Origin: Nitrosomonadales bacterium
GTDB taxonomy: Bacteria; Pseudomonadota; Gammaproteobacteria; Burkholderiales; Methylophilaceae
DNA: 64,000 nt
Assembly: GCA_028344855.1 (NCBI GenBank)
Contig: JAOMCC010000001.1
Location: forward strand, 1,595-65,594
Direction: 5' to 3'
This document shows, one piece after another, positions 42,296 through 50,316 of the stretch. A program made the position numbers and the translations under genes. Within the stretch, counting starts at the first letter, position 1, and each line of letters begins with the position of its first letter. The notes below the pieces were generated by a model, which saw only the letters and a program-made list of their open reading frames with translations, was not told the DNA's origin and searched no databases.

Positions 42296-42454
42296 ATGAA
42301 AAAATTATCTCTTGAAAAATATAATATTTTAAAATCAAAATATGGACTTCATGCAAGTTGGGCAATATGGGCAGATGAAACAGATAGACCAAAAAGTAAT
42401 ATGGGTGATTTAAGTATTTTTAATGACAATTTAATTTTTCTTAATAAACCTTAA
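42296..42454 (+). pseudogene. 5' fragment of a gene, running into the stop of the convergent neighbour
   Basis: MKKLSLEKYNILKSKYGLHASWAIWADETDRPKSNMGDLSIF; protein-like N-terminus that ends where the next gene's 3' end begins. Confidence 0.55.
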
Positions 42455-43255
42455 GGTCATTCGATCTGATTCTCCAATTGATATAATATTTGCTTTATCA
42501 TCATCTGCCACACCTCTTAAGTTAGGTAACAAATTCCAAACGCCCTTTGGATGATCAGCAGTATCTTTCGGATTTGCATTGATTTCAGATTTGGCATCAA
42601 GTATAAATCCAGCACCTTTAGCCATCTGAATAACATAATCCTCAGTCATATAGCCACTTTTAATCTGCTTTTCTAATGGCGTCCCTACCTTTGCTCTATG
42701 TTCTACAAGACCAAGGATTCCACCTGGCTTAAGTGCTTTTGCAAAACCAGCAAACATCGCTTCAGCTGATCCCGCTTTAGCCCAATTATGGACGTTTCTA
42801 AATGTAAGAACCATATCAACAGGACCATTTGGAGCAAATTCAGGTTGTTTTGGATTAAAATGAACCCAACGAAGTTGGTCGTAAATATCAGGATTCTTTT
42901 CCATTTTTTCTTTAAATGTCTTCTCTACTTTAACAAAGTAAGGGTTTATTTTTTCATGTAATTTTAAGGAGGTATAGTAGTACTGTCCTTTATTGCGTAT
43001 CAGGGGTGCTAAAATCTCTGCGTACCAACCATATCCTGGCATAATTTCAACAATAGACTGTTCTGGATTGAGGCCAAAAAAGAGTAATGTTTCTTTTGGA
43101 TGACGATATTTGTCACGCTTGATATAAGAAGGCGTTCTATGTTCAGCTTCTAAAGCTATATCAATATGATGACTAGCATCTGGGTTACCACAACCTAGTA
43201 ATATTGTTAAAAAGAATAAAATAAAGAAATGTTTGTAAAATTTATTATTTATCAT
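42431..43255 (-). CDS. Predicted SAM-dependent methyltransferase (COG4798-like), lipoprotein signal
   Basis: RD.YRHP.ETL.FFG, VEI.PG.GWY, LTFRNVHNW, LKPGGILG.VEHR, IGESDRMTL.F; LLGC lipobox; start 43255 preferred. Confidence 0.87.
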   Translation of the reverse strand: MINNKFYKHFFILFFLTILLGCGNPDASHHIDIALEAEHRTPSYIKRDKYRHPKETLLFFGLNPEQSIVEIMPGYGWYAEILAPLIRNKGQYYYTSLKLHEKINPYFVKVEKTFKEKMEKNPDIYDQLRWVHFNPKQPEFAPNGPVDMVLTFRNVHNWAKAGSAEAMFAGFAKALKPGGILGLVEHRAKVGTPLEKQIKSGYMTEDYVIQMAKGAGFILDAKSEINANPKDTADHPKGVWNLLPNLRGVADDDKANIISIGESDRMTLRFIKKN

Positions 43256-43423
43256 GTTTATGTAAATTTTAATATTGATTTGAAGGTTAAAGTAAAACAA
43301 CAAAGTATAAGTAAAGAAACATATTAATTGATTATTAATCAAAAACAAGACTTTTTTATTAAGTTTAATAATCTATCTTTAAGCATTATAATTTTAACTT
43401 TAATATTTAAATATTTCTATTAA

Positions 43424-45121
43424 ATGAAGATATCCAAAATTCTCAGTCATTGGTTTTATATATCATTTATATTATTTTATTCTGGAACCATTTTCCCCAA
43501 TGAATTAATCCAATACAAGGGTGCAGTTGTAACTTCCAATGCCCTAGCCACTAAAGCAGGAGAAAAAATTTTAGCGGAAGGTGGTAATGCTTACGATGCA
43601 GCTACAACAATCAGCGCAATGCTTTCTGTTGTAGAACCTTTTGCATCAGGTCTTGGAGGTGGAGCATTCTGGTTAATTTATGACGCTAAAAGTAAAAAAT
43701 ATAAAATGTTAGACGCTAGAGAAACTGCCCCACTTCAATCTCATAAAAATATGTATCTAGATGAAAATGAGAAAATTATAAAAAATAGTTCTACACTTGG
43801 ACCATTATCTGCAGGAATACCCGGTATCCCTGCAGTATTAAGTTACGTCAATGATACATACGGTTCAAAAAAATTAAGCACACTTTTAACCCCTGCCTAT
43901 AAAGCAGCAATCAATGGATTTCCTGTAAATGAAAGGTATGTAAAAGGAGCAAATTATAAAAAGAAATGGCTGAAGAAATATAAAGAAACAGAAGTAATTT
44001 TTTTAGATAAAGGTGAAGTCCCAAAAAAAGGATGGATTCTAAAACAAACTGATTTAGCAAAGACGATTAAAAAAATAATGAAAGATGGTCACAAAAGTTT
44101 TTATACAGGAAGTTTTGCTAAAAAAATGGTTGAGTCTGTTCGAAATAATGGTGGTATTTGGAGCGAAGAAGATTTAAATAGATATAAAGTTCTTGAACGA
44201 GAAACAGTACGATCAACCTATAAAGGAATTTCAATTATTGCCCCAGGACTTCCCTCCTCGGGTGGTTTAGTTTTATCTAATGCGCTTAATATATTAGCAG
44301 GATATGAATTGGACGAATTTAGTCCTACTACCCAAAAACATTTAATTATTGAGGCTCTAAGACGAGCCTATTATGAAAGAGCAATAAAAATGGGAGACCC
44401 AGATTTCATGGATGAGTCTCTCGAATTTCTTTTAACCCCAAGTTTTGCAGCAAAACAAAGAGAGAGTATTAATATTAATTATGCAACAGATAATCAAACT
44501 CTTGAATTCGCTAACCCACCATATCAAGGGCAAGGAAATGATACAACTCATTTTGCGGTAATCGATAAATTTGGTAATCGTGTAGCAGTTACTCAATCAA
44601 TCAACTTTTGGTTTGGCTCATCTTTTGTTCCAAAAGGGACTGGCATTCTGCTGAATAACGAAATGGACGACTTTTCTATCAAGCCTGGAACCGAGAATAG
44701 CTATGGATTGATTGGCTATGATGCTAATGCAGTAGAACCCGGAAAAAGAATGTTATCTAGTATGACTCCAACTTTCCTAGAGTCAGATAGAGGCTTCGTG
44801 ATTTTAGGAACACCTGGAGGCTCAAGGATTATAAGTATGATTTTACTTGCAACATTGGAATGGATAGATGGAGGGGACGCAAAATCTATGGTCTCTCTGC
44901 CAAGATTTCATCATCAATATCATCCAGATTATGTGCTTTATGAGGAAGAAGCATTTATGCCGAACGAGATTAATGAATTGGAAAGTATGGGACATATATT
45001 TAAAAAATCTAAAAGGCAGTTTGGTAATATGCAGATAATTATGTGGGATCATGAAAATAATAAAATTGAAATTGCCTCTGACCCAAGAGGCAAAGAAAAA
45101 AGTCGTGAAGAAGTATATTGA
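43424..45121 (+). CDS. ggt: Gamma-glutamyltransferase
   Basis: GGNA.DAA, DARE.AP, TTHF nucleophile, LNNEMDDF, LSSMTPT, GTPGGSRI. Confidence 0.96.
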   Translation: MKISKILSHWFYISFILFYSGTIFPNELIQYKGAVVTSNALATKAGEKILAEGGNAYDAATTISAMLSVVEPFASGLGGGAFWLIYDAKSKKYKMLDARETAPLQSHKNMYLDENEKIIKNSSTLGPLSAGIPGIPAVLSYVNDTYGSKKLSTLLTPAYKAAINGFPVNERYVKGANYKKKWLKKYKETEVIFLDKGEVPKKGWILKQTDLAKTIKKIMKDGHKSFYTGSFAKKMVESVRNNGGIWSEEDLNRYKVLERETVRSTYKGISIIAPGLPSSGGLVLSNALNILAGYELDEFSPTTQKHLIIEALRRAYYERAIKMGDPDFMDESLEFLLTPSFAAKQRESININYATDNQTLEFANPPYQGQGNDTTHFAVIDKFGNRVAVTQSINFWFGSSFVPKGTGILLNNEMDDFSIKPGTENSYGLIGYDANAVEPGKRMLSSMTPTFLESDRGFVILGTPGGSRIISMILLATLEWIDGGDAKSMVSLPRFHHQYHPDYVLYEEEAFMPNEINELESMGHIFKKSKRQFGNMQIIMWDHENNKIEIASDPRGKEKSREEVY

Positions 45122-45180
45122 TTTTAAATATTCTTATAGTTATTTATACACGACAACATAGAAGCTTATTGAACAACCGT

Positions 45181-45213
45181 GCTTACCTCTCAAATTTATA
45201 GTCCAAATAGGTC
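45181..45213 (+). repeat. att-like repeat A, copy 3 (degenerate)
   Basis: GCTTACCTCTCAAATTTATAGTCCAAATAGGTC; the last 22 nt match 35326-35347 exactly. Confidence 0.85.
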
Positions 45214-45219
45214 GAAGGT

Positions 45220-45633
45220 CTATGTTCTTGTTCCTTTTAGTGCAAAGAATAACCCACCTACCCATAAAAGGACATGAAAATGGTCGTACAATAATACATA
45301 TGTAAGTGATTCAGGTTGGCTTATCCAAATAACTCCAGTTACAATACATCCAATAACAAACCCACTAAATCTTGTGATTAAGTCACCAATCCAAATCCAT
45401 TTAGTAAACATAATTAGACCGCCCACCAGTAATCCTATTCCAGCACCAAGTTCTCCGTATGCTACAAACCACCAAACAATATATGGTAGTCCAAATGCAT
45501 CTGCAGTTTCTGGTGTAACTGGCATCTTTGATAACCCTTGTTGCATAAACACAATTATAAGTGGGATTCTTAACAACCAATGTGATAGACGACGGAAGAC
45601 TGGAATCTTCATTGTTAGTTCTTTTAATTTCAT
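45220..45633 (-). CDS. DoxX-family membrane protein
   Basis: LLRIPL...F..QG.SK, GEL.AG.GLL. Confidence 0.85.
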   Translation of the reverse strand: MKLKELTMKIPVFRRLSHWLLRIPLIIVFMQQGLSKMPVTPETADAFGLPYIVWWFVAYGELGAGIGLLVGGLIMFTKWIWIGDLITRFSGFVIGCIVTGVIWISQPESLTYVLLYDHFHVLLWVGGLFFALKGTRT

Positions 45634-45714
45634 ATTGCCCTTCTTTATTATTTAATTACTTATACCTTAGATGATATTTTGCTTGGGATTATACAACAGA
45701 CAAGAGTCAATCAG

Positions 45715-45746
45715 ATTAAATAGTTTTCCACCAATTATTAAATTAA
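45715..45746 (+). repeat. Direct repeat B, copy 2
   Basis: ATTAAATAGTTTTCCACCAATTATTAAATTAA; contains TCCACCAATT identical to the tRNA-Ala 3' junction. Confidence 0.8.
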
Positions 45747-45762
45747 AAGTATCTAAAATTCT
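45745..45762 (+). repeat. Direct repeat C, copy 1 (18 bp)
   Basis: AAAAGTATCTAAAATTCT, identical to 47295-47312. Confidence 0.7.
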
Positions 45763-45764
45763 TA

Positions 45765-46292
45765 CTATATTTTAGGTTTTACAAGCAACCAAAATCCATG
45801 AGCATCTTTAAGTTGAGTTACTTGAATAACCTCAAAATGCTTTACAAACTTTTCTAACCACCATGAAGTTGATTCTTGGATTAAATGTGCATTTCTTCCA
45901 TCTGGTAATATTTTTTGAGCAGGTGCTCGATTAATTGTGCAGACACAATGTTTTGTTGTAATGCTTGATAGATCAGCTATTACATTATCAATAAAATCTG
46001 GTTCTATATGTTCTAAAACATCAACACAACATATAAGGTCTGCTTTTTTCGGTTCCCCATATTCTGGAAATACTGGATCATATGGAAAATAATATTTTGG
46101 TAAATTATTTAGCTCCTTAAGAGCCTCTGCCAATCTTTTTTTACCTGCGCCATAATCGCATAATGACTTAGCTTGGTAAAAGGTAAGAATGTCAGAAACA
46201 ATTGGTGCAAAATGAATTGATGCAGTACCATAATCTGGATTAAGGTGTAACTCTTCTTGCATTTTTTTGTATTCTTCGCTAATCGTTTTCAT
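45765..46292 (-). CDS. Class I SAM-dependent methyltransferase
   Basis: DYGAGK, YDP, C.DVLEHIEP, DGRNAHL. Confidence 0.85.
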   Translation of the reverse strand: MKTISEEYKKMQEELHLNPDYGTASIHFAPIVSDILTFYQAKSLCDYGAGKKRLAEALKELNNLPKYYFPYDPVFPEYGEPKKADLICCVDVLEHIEPDFIDNVIADLSSITTKHCVCTINRAPAQKILPDGRNAHLIQESTSWWLEKFVKHFEVIQVTQLKDAHGFWLLVKPKI

Positions 46293-46311
46293 ATTTTCTC
46301 TTTAAATATAG

Positions 46312-47115
46312 TTAGATACTAAAGCTTGATTTTGCTTCCTGTGCTTTTAAATGTTTATTTTTTGCTGCTGTTTCTTGATTCAAAGTCTCCTCTGTTATGT
46401 ATAAATTATATTGCAATGTCCAACGATCTGTATTTTCCATCTCTAGTTTTTCAACGCCATGAAATGAGTTATTTGTTTTTATAAAACAGAGGGCAGAATT
46501 AGGTACAAAAGGCATGGTCGTAACTTTATGAAAGTCTTCATGAGGGTAATGCACATGAGGTAATTCTTTATTCAGCTTATTTGGATCTTTTGGCAGATAA
46601 ATTGAAGTGCCAGTTTCTTTTTGTTTCTGATCTTTTGGCAGATAAAATAATATAGATATTACTTTGCTTGGTTTATCAGTATGAGGACCTAATGCATAAT
46701 GTTTTTTATCATTGAAGAGCCTTACTTCATCATAAAATGAAACATTTTCTAAATATTGAAAACGCATATCAAGAAACTTTTTAAACTTAACTTGAAGAAG
46801 TTTACTAAAATCGCCTTTAGTAAACATTTCTCCAAATACATGTAAAAATTCTTGCTTATCTTTTTTGACTTTACTCATTTCATCTTTTTTTGTAAGATTT
46901 ATAACGAATCTATCTTTGTAGGCCGATAAACCATAGTTATCAGTATCAATGTTTGCCAAAGATGTCATATCTTTTTTATCAAGAAGATTTTCTTGAATCT
47001 TAGAGTAAAAATCAGTAGGGAAAATATTCTCAATATAAAGATGTGGGAAAGGAAAATTTAAGATGGGGGTATTTGCAATTTTATAAGCAAGGTGTAACTC
47101 AGCCTCTAAAAACAT
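46312..47115 (-). CDS. 2OG-Fe(II) oxygenase-family protein
   Basis: PFPH, GPHTD (HxD), SFHGV distal His, downstream Arg. Confidence 0.8.
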   Translation of the reverse strand: MFLEAELHLAYKIANTPILNFPFPHLYIENIFPTDFYSKIQENLLDKKDMTSLANIDTDNYGLSAYKDRFVINLTKKDEMSKVKKDKQEFLHVFGEMFTKGDFSKLLQVKFKKFLDMRFQYLENVSFYDEVRLFNDKKHYALGPHTDKPSKVISILFYLPKDQKQKETGTSIYLPKDPNKLNKELPHVHYPHEDFHKVTTMPFVPNSALCFIKTNNSFHGVEKLEMENTDRWTLQYNLYITEETLNQETAAKNKHLKAQEAKSSFSI

Positions 47116-47294
47116 ATTTACTAATTCCTATAAAAGGGTCTTTTTTTCTCGCGGCCTTACCTGCCTATAAATGAGAAAACTTAAGTTTTGTAAAAATTCT
47201 ACTGATCCATATGCTCTGGAAAATCCGAGCCTCTTAAAATTATAACTGATTTATTGAGATTTCATATGTAGTTCATATAAAATATTACCTTCTA

Positions 47295-47312
47295 AAAAGT
47301 ATCTAAAATTCT
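47295..47312 (+). repeat. Direct repeat C, copy 2 (overlaps the OMP stop codon)
   Basis: AAAAGTATCTAAAATTCT. Confidence 0.7.
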
Positions 47313-48004
47313 AAACCAACCGATAATGTACCAGTATAAAGATCAATATCCCGATAATTTAACCCCAATTTATCTTTTGGTCCTTCGATACTAAAATGAG
47401 TAAACTTTCCGCCAACATATACCTGTTCGTTAAAATAATACCGAGCACCTATCATACCTGAGTATGTAAATTCGTTTCCATCATCAGTGTTGTCGAAATC
47501 TGACAAACCAAGTCCAACCCCAATAAATGGTTTAAAATTATTTTTAAAATCAAAATCATAATAAGCGTTGAGCATGTAAAGTTTGACGTTCTTTTCAAAA
47601 TTTAAACCAAATGCCCTATAATCTGCTGGAGTTATACCTACGCCCTCAGGAAGGAGAAGCATACCTTGACTAATTGCTCCAGAGAGAGACGATGTTTCAT
47701 AATCAATGTTAATACTAGATTTGGTATAAGAAAAACCAAGTCTTAGATTGCTATTATCAAAAAGATTATAAAGTCCAAATTCAAATCCAGGACTGGTATC
47801 CGATTTATGCTTAAAATCTATACGGGTATCTAAATAATCGATTCCACTTACATTACCTGCGAGGGTATCTGTTGAAACATCATCCGGATCAATATAATTA
47901 ATCTGACCTTCAAAATATGGTCTAATTTCGGCAAACACTAAGTTTGTAGAAAATATACCTACTATAAAGATAATTAGTATTTTCATAGTATAACTATACT
48001 TCAT
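47303..48004 (-). CDS. Outer membrane beta-barrel protein (OmpA-TM/Opa-like)
   Basis: Signal peptide, MLNAYYDF, PFIGVGLG, C-terminal GLEF. Confidence 0.85.
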   Translation of the reverse strand: MKYSYTMKILIIFIVGIFSTNLVFAEIRPYFEGQINYIDPDDVSTDTLAGNVSGIDYLDTRIDFKHKSDTSPGFEFGLYNLFDNSNLRLGFSYTKSSINIDYETSSLSGAISQGMLLLPEGVGITPADYRAFGLNFEKNVKLYMLNAYYDFDFKNNFKPFIGVGLGLSDFDNTDDGNEFTYSGMIGARYYFNEQVYVGGKFTHFSIEGPKDKLGLNYRDIDLYTGTLSVGLEF

Positions 48005-48090
48005 ATTATTGAAATAAGTAATTGATTATAAGTATTTATTTAATAAGTTTTATTTTTATAATTATAAATGCATTGATTTACTTTGAAATT

Positions 48091-48408
48091 TTAATCTTTA
48101 CTGGTAATCCAATGCATACTACATTTATACTTACATACCATCATTTCTTGGTTATTTAGTTTTTCACATTTTATTTGAGCAGTATCTATTCCAGTATAAG
48201 GTTCACAGAGTTTGATCATTTTATCTATTGGGTAATCTTGAGTTAAGGGGTTGTAAAATAATCGTCCTTGATAGGCATTTTTAATATTTGGCTCATAAAA
48301 ATCTGAGTCACTATTATTAATTTCACTTTCAGCCCAACAAAAACTTGGGATAGAAAACATTAATAATATTAAAAGCATATATCTATTTCGCATGAAATTT
48401 ACTCCCAT
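48091..48408 (-). CDS. Exported Cys-containing hypothetical protein
   Basis: Signal peptide; GGGAG RBS favours a start at MRNRY. Confidence 0.6.
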   Translation of the reverse strand: MGVNFMRNRYMLLILLMFSIPSFCWAESEINNSDSDFYEPNIKNAYQGRLFYNPLTQDYPIDKMIKLCEPYTGIDTAQIKCEKLNNQEMMVCKYKCSMHWITSKD

Positions 48409-48418
48409 AATTTATGTT

Positions 48419-48453
48419 AAAAAAAACCCTCATCACGAATGACAAGGGTTTTT
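48419..48453. terminator. Intrinsic terminator after the PQQ dehydrogenase gene
   Basis: AAAAACCCT...AGGGTTTTT hairpin with A/T tracts on both sides. Confidence 0.7.
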
Positions 48454-48497
48454 AATGTATATCTGCATAGCTATAAAGCTAAGCAAGTATTTTATAA

Positions 48498-49811
48498 CTA
48501 CTGAGCTGAAACCTTATAGATTTCACCTTCGTCAGTAGTAGCATAAAGAGCATTATCAGGACCCATTTCTAGACCACGAAATCTCTTAGATACACCAACT
48601 GGCATATGTATAACACTTTTCACTGATAAACCATCTTCAGCTAAATCTGTTATGTCAATGCGCATACCGCCTGGTGTGCCACCAAAACCAATACCCATAA
48701 TACCTGTAGCTAAACGACCTTCATAGATACCCCAGTTGCTACCTTTTAAGAAAGCAGCAGAACCAGTACCTTGTGAATAACCATTATTTTGCCAAGCAGG
48801 TGGCATTAAGTCTTTAAAACGAGTATCACTCATTGGAGTGTATGCTGCACGAACAGCTGGAGTCATACCTTCCATTTGATTTGGCTCATAACCACAATAT
48901 TGATCTGGGCAAGCACCACGGCCAGCTATTTTTTCTGCTGGATCCCAACCACCGTTACCACCACTAACTAATTTTGTGATTTCATCATTGTGCCAAGGTC
49001 CATGTTCAGCAGTAAATAGTGCACCATCACTAGGACGGAATGAAAGACCTTGAACATTTCGGTGACCGTATGTGTAAATACGTTTGTCGCCTTTAACCTT
49101 GTTTTTTGGATGACCTTTACCATTACCATCAATTCTTAATACTACACTGCATAGTAATGTGTTGTCTTGACCACATATACCTCTATGACGGTCTCCTGTA
49201 CCAACATATAAATAGCCATCAGGACCAAAGGCCATTCTTCCACCATTGTGAGCACCTGGACCACCAAATGGTTGATTTGATTCGAATGGTTTGTACTGAA
49301 TATCTTTAACGATGTCAGTTCTTCCAGAAACTTTCGCTAGATCTTTACTTACTTTAAACTTCATAACAATGTTTCCGTCGCATTTTTCAAAGTTAGTTTT
49401 GCAACCAGAACCATGATATTTGTTAGAAGTAGAATATAGATAAAGTGTACGGTTCTTGTTAAAGTTTGGATCTAAAGTTACACCTAACATACCAGCTTGA
49501 CCACTACAAAACAGGTCTTTACCAGCACTTTTATAGCCTTTAGAATCTTTCATACCATACAGCGCGTTTGTTTTCCCTGATGCTGTCTTTACTGAAAGAC
49601 CTTTACATTTTTCAGTGTAAAACATAGAACCATCAGCAGTAAATGCCATATCCCAAGGGTTTTCTAAACCCGACATGACCACCATTGAACCAATTTTTGG
49701 AACATTCATTCCTTTCGATGCGTGCTTATCAGCATAGGCTGATGTTGCGAATAGCAACATAGCAGAAACTATGACTGTAATAAACAAGCTTAACTTACTT
49801 GATACTTTCAT
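48498..49811 (-). CDS. PQQ-dependent sugar dehydrogenase (GSDH/aldose dehydrogenase family)
   Basis: PWDMAF, HNGGR.AFGPDG.LY..TGD, YGHRNVQG, EHGP..DE; signal peptide. Confidence 0.9.
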   Translation of the reverse strand: MKVSSKLSLFITVIVSAMLLFATSAYADKHASKGMNVPKIGSMVVMSGLENPWDMAFTADGSMFYTEKCKGLSVKTASGKTNALYGMKDSKGYKSAGKDLFCSGQAGMLGVTLDPNFNKNRTLYLYSTSNKYHGSGCKTNFEKCDGNIVMKFKVSKDLAKVSGRTDIVKDIQYKPFESNQPFGGPGAHNGGRMAFGPDGYLYVGTGDRHRGICGQDNTLLCSVVLRIDGNGKGHPKNKVKGDKRIYTYGHRNVQGLSFRPSDGALFTAEHGPWHNDEITKLVSGGNGGWDPAEKIAGRGACPDQYCGYEPNQMEGMTPAVRAAYTPMSDTRFKDLMPPAWQNNGYSQGTGSAAFLKGSNWGIYEGRLATGIMGIGFGGTPGGMRIDITDLAEDGLSVKSVIHMPVGVSKRFRGLEMGPDNALYATTDEGEIYKVSAQ

Positions 49812-49822
49812 GAGAACTTCTC

Positions 49823-50152
49823 CTAGTTATTGTTAACGTTATATTTCGCATCTTTTAAATACGCTGATATATTTGCAATTTCTTCATCAGTTAAAGGTTT
49901 TGCCATCATAATCATTAACCCTGAATTAGGTCCAATTTTAGTTCCAGCTCTATAAGTTTCTAACTTATCGGTTATATATTGAACTTCTTTTCCAGATATT
50001 TTAGGATAACTAGCAGCACCCTTTCCTGCAGGACCATGACAATTAATGCATGTTTTCTTATATCTTATTTTCCCGGCTTCTGCATCAGCTGCTAGAACCT
50101 GAAATGTTGAAAGAACAAAAATAATGCTGATAGTACTTAAAAAAAATTTAAT
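49823..50152 (-). CDS. Monoheme class I c-type cytochrome (c553-like); probable ATT start; missing from the ORF track
   Basis: Manual translation (I/M)KFFLSTISIIFVLSTFQVLAADAEAGKIRYKKTCINCHGPAGKG..YPKISG...GLMIMMAKPLTDEEIANISAYL; CxxCH and distal Met. Confidence 0.88.
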   Translation of the reverse strand: MKFFLSTISIIFVLSTFQVLAADAEAGKIRYKKTCINCHGPAGKGAASYPKISGKEVQYITDKLETYRAGTKIGPNSGLMIMMAKPLTDEEIANISAYLKDAKYNVNNN

Positions 50153-50316
50153 TGTAGTGCACCTAACAAGTTTATAAAAAATACACTTCAGTATAACAAT
50201 AAATTCGTCATTATCAATAGTGTGCTAATTAAATTTAAATAATAGGAAATTCTCCCTATTGTAGCTAAAGAATATTATTGTTAGTCTAATGCTTCCCAAG
50301 AAAGAAAAAATTTTAG

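Larger units (their letters stand above)
35328..47312. mobile_element. Additive genomic island/cassette array at tRNA-Ala, no integrase inside; right boundary uncertain
   Basis: Several repeats of the tRNA 3' end and other direct repeats separating unrelated cargo modules. Confidence 0.75.

Noticed and set aside
35314-45746. Repeats as a CRISPR array or integron attC sites
   Set aside because: Spacing is kilobases and irregular, there are no cas or intI genes, no attC-type palindrome, and the repeats derive from the tRNA 3' end.
50241-50270. TGTAGCTAAA resembling the 3' end of a SAM-II riboswitch
   Set aside because: The upstream P1 and conserved loop elements cannot be found.
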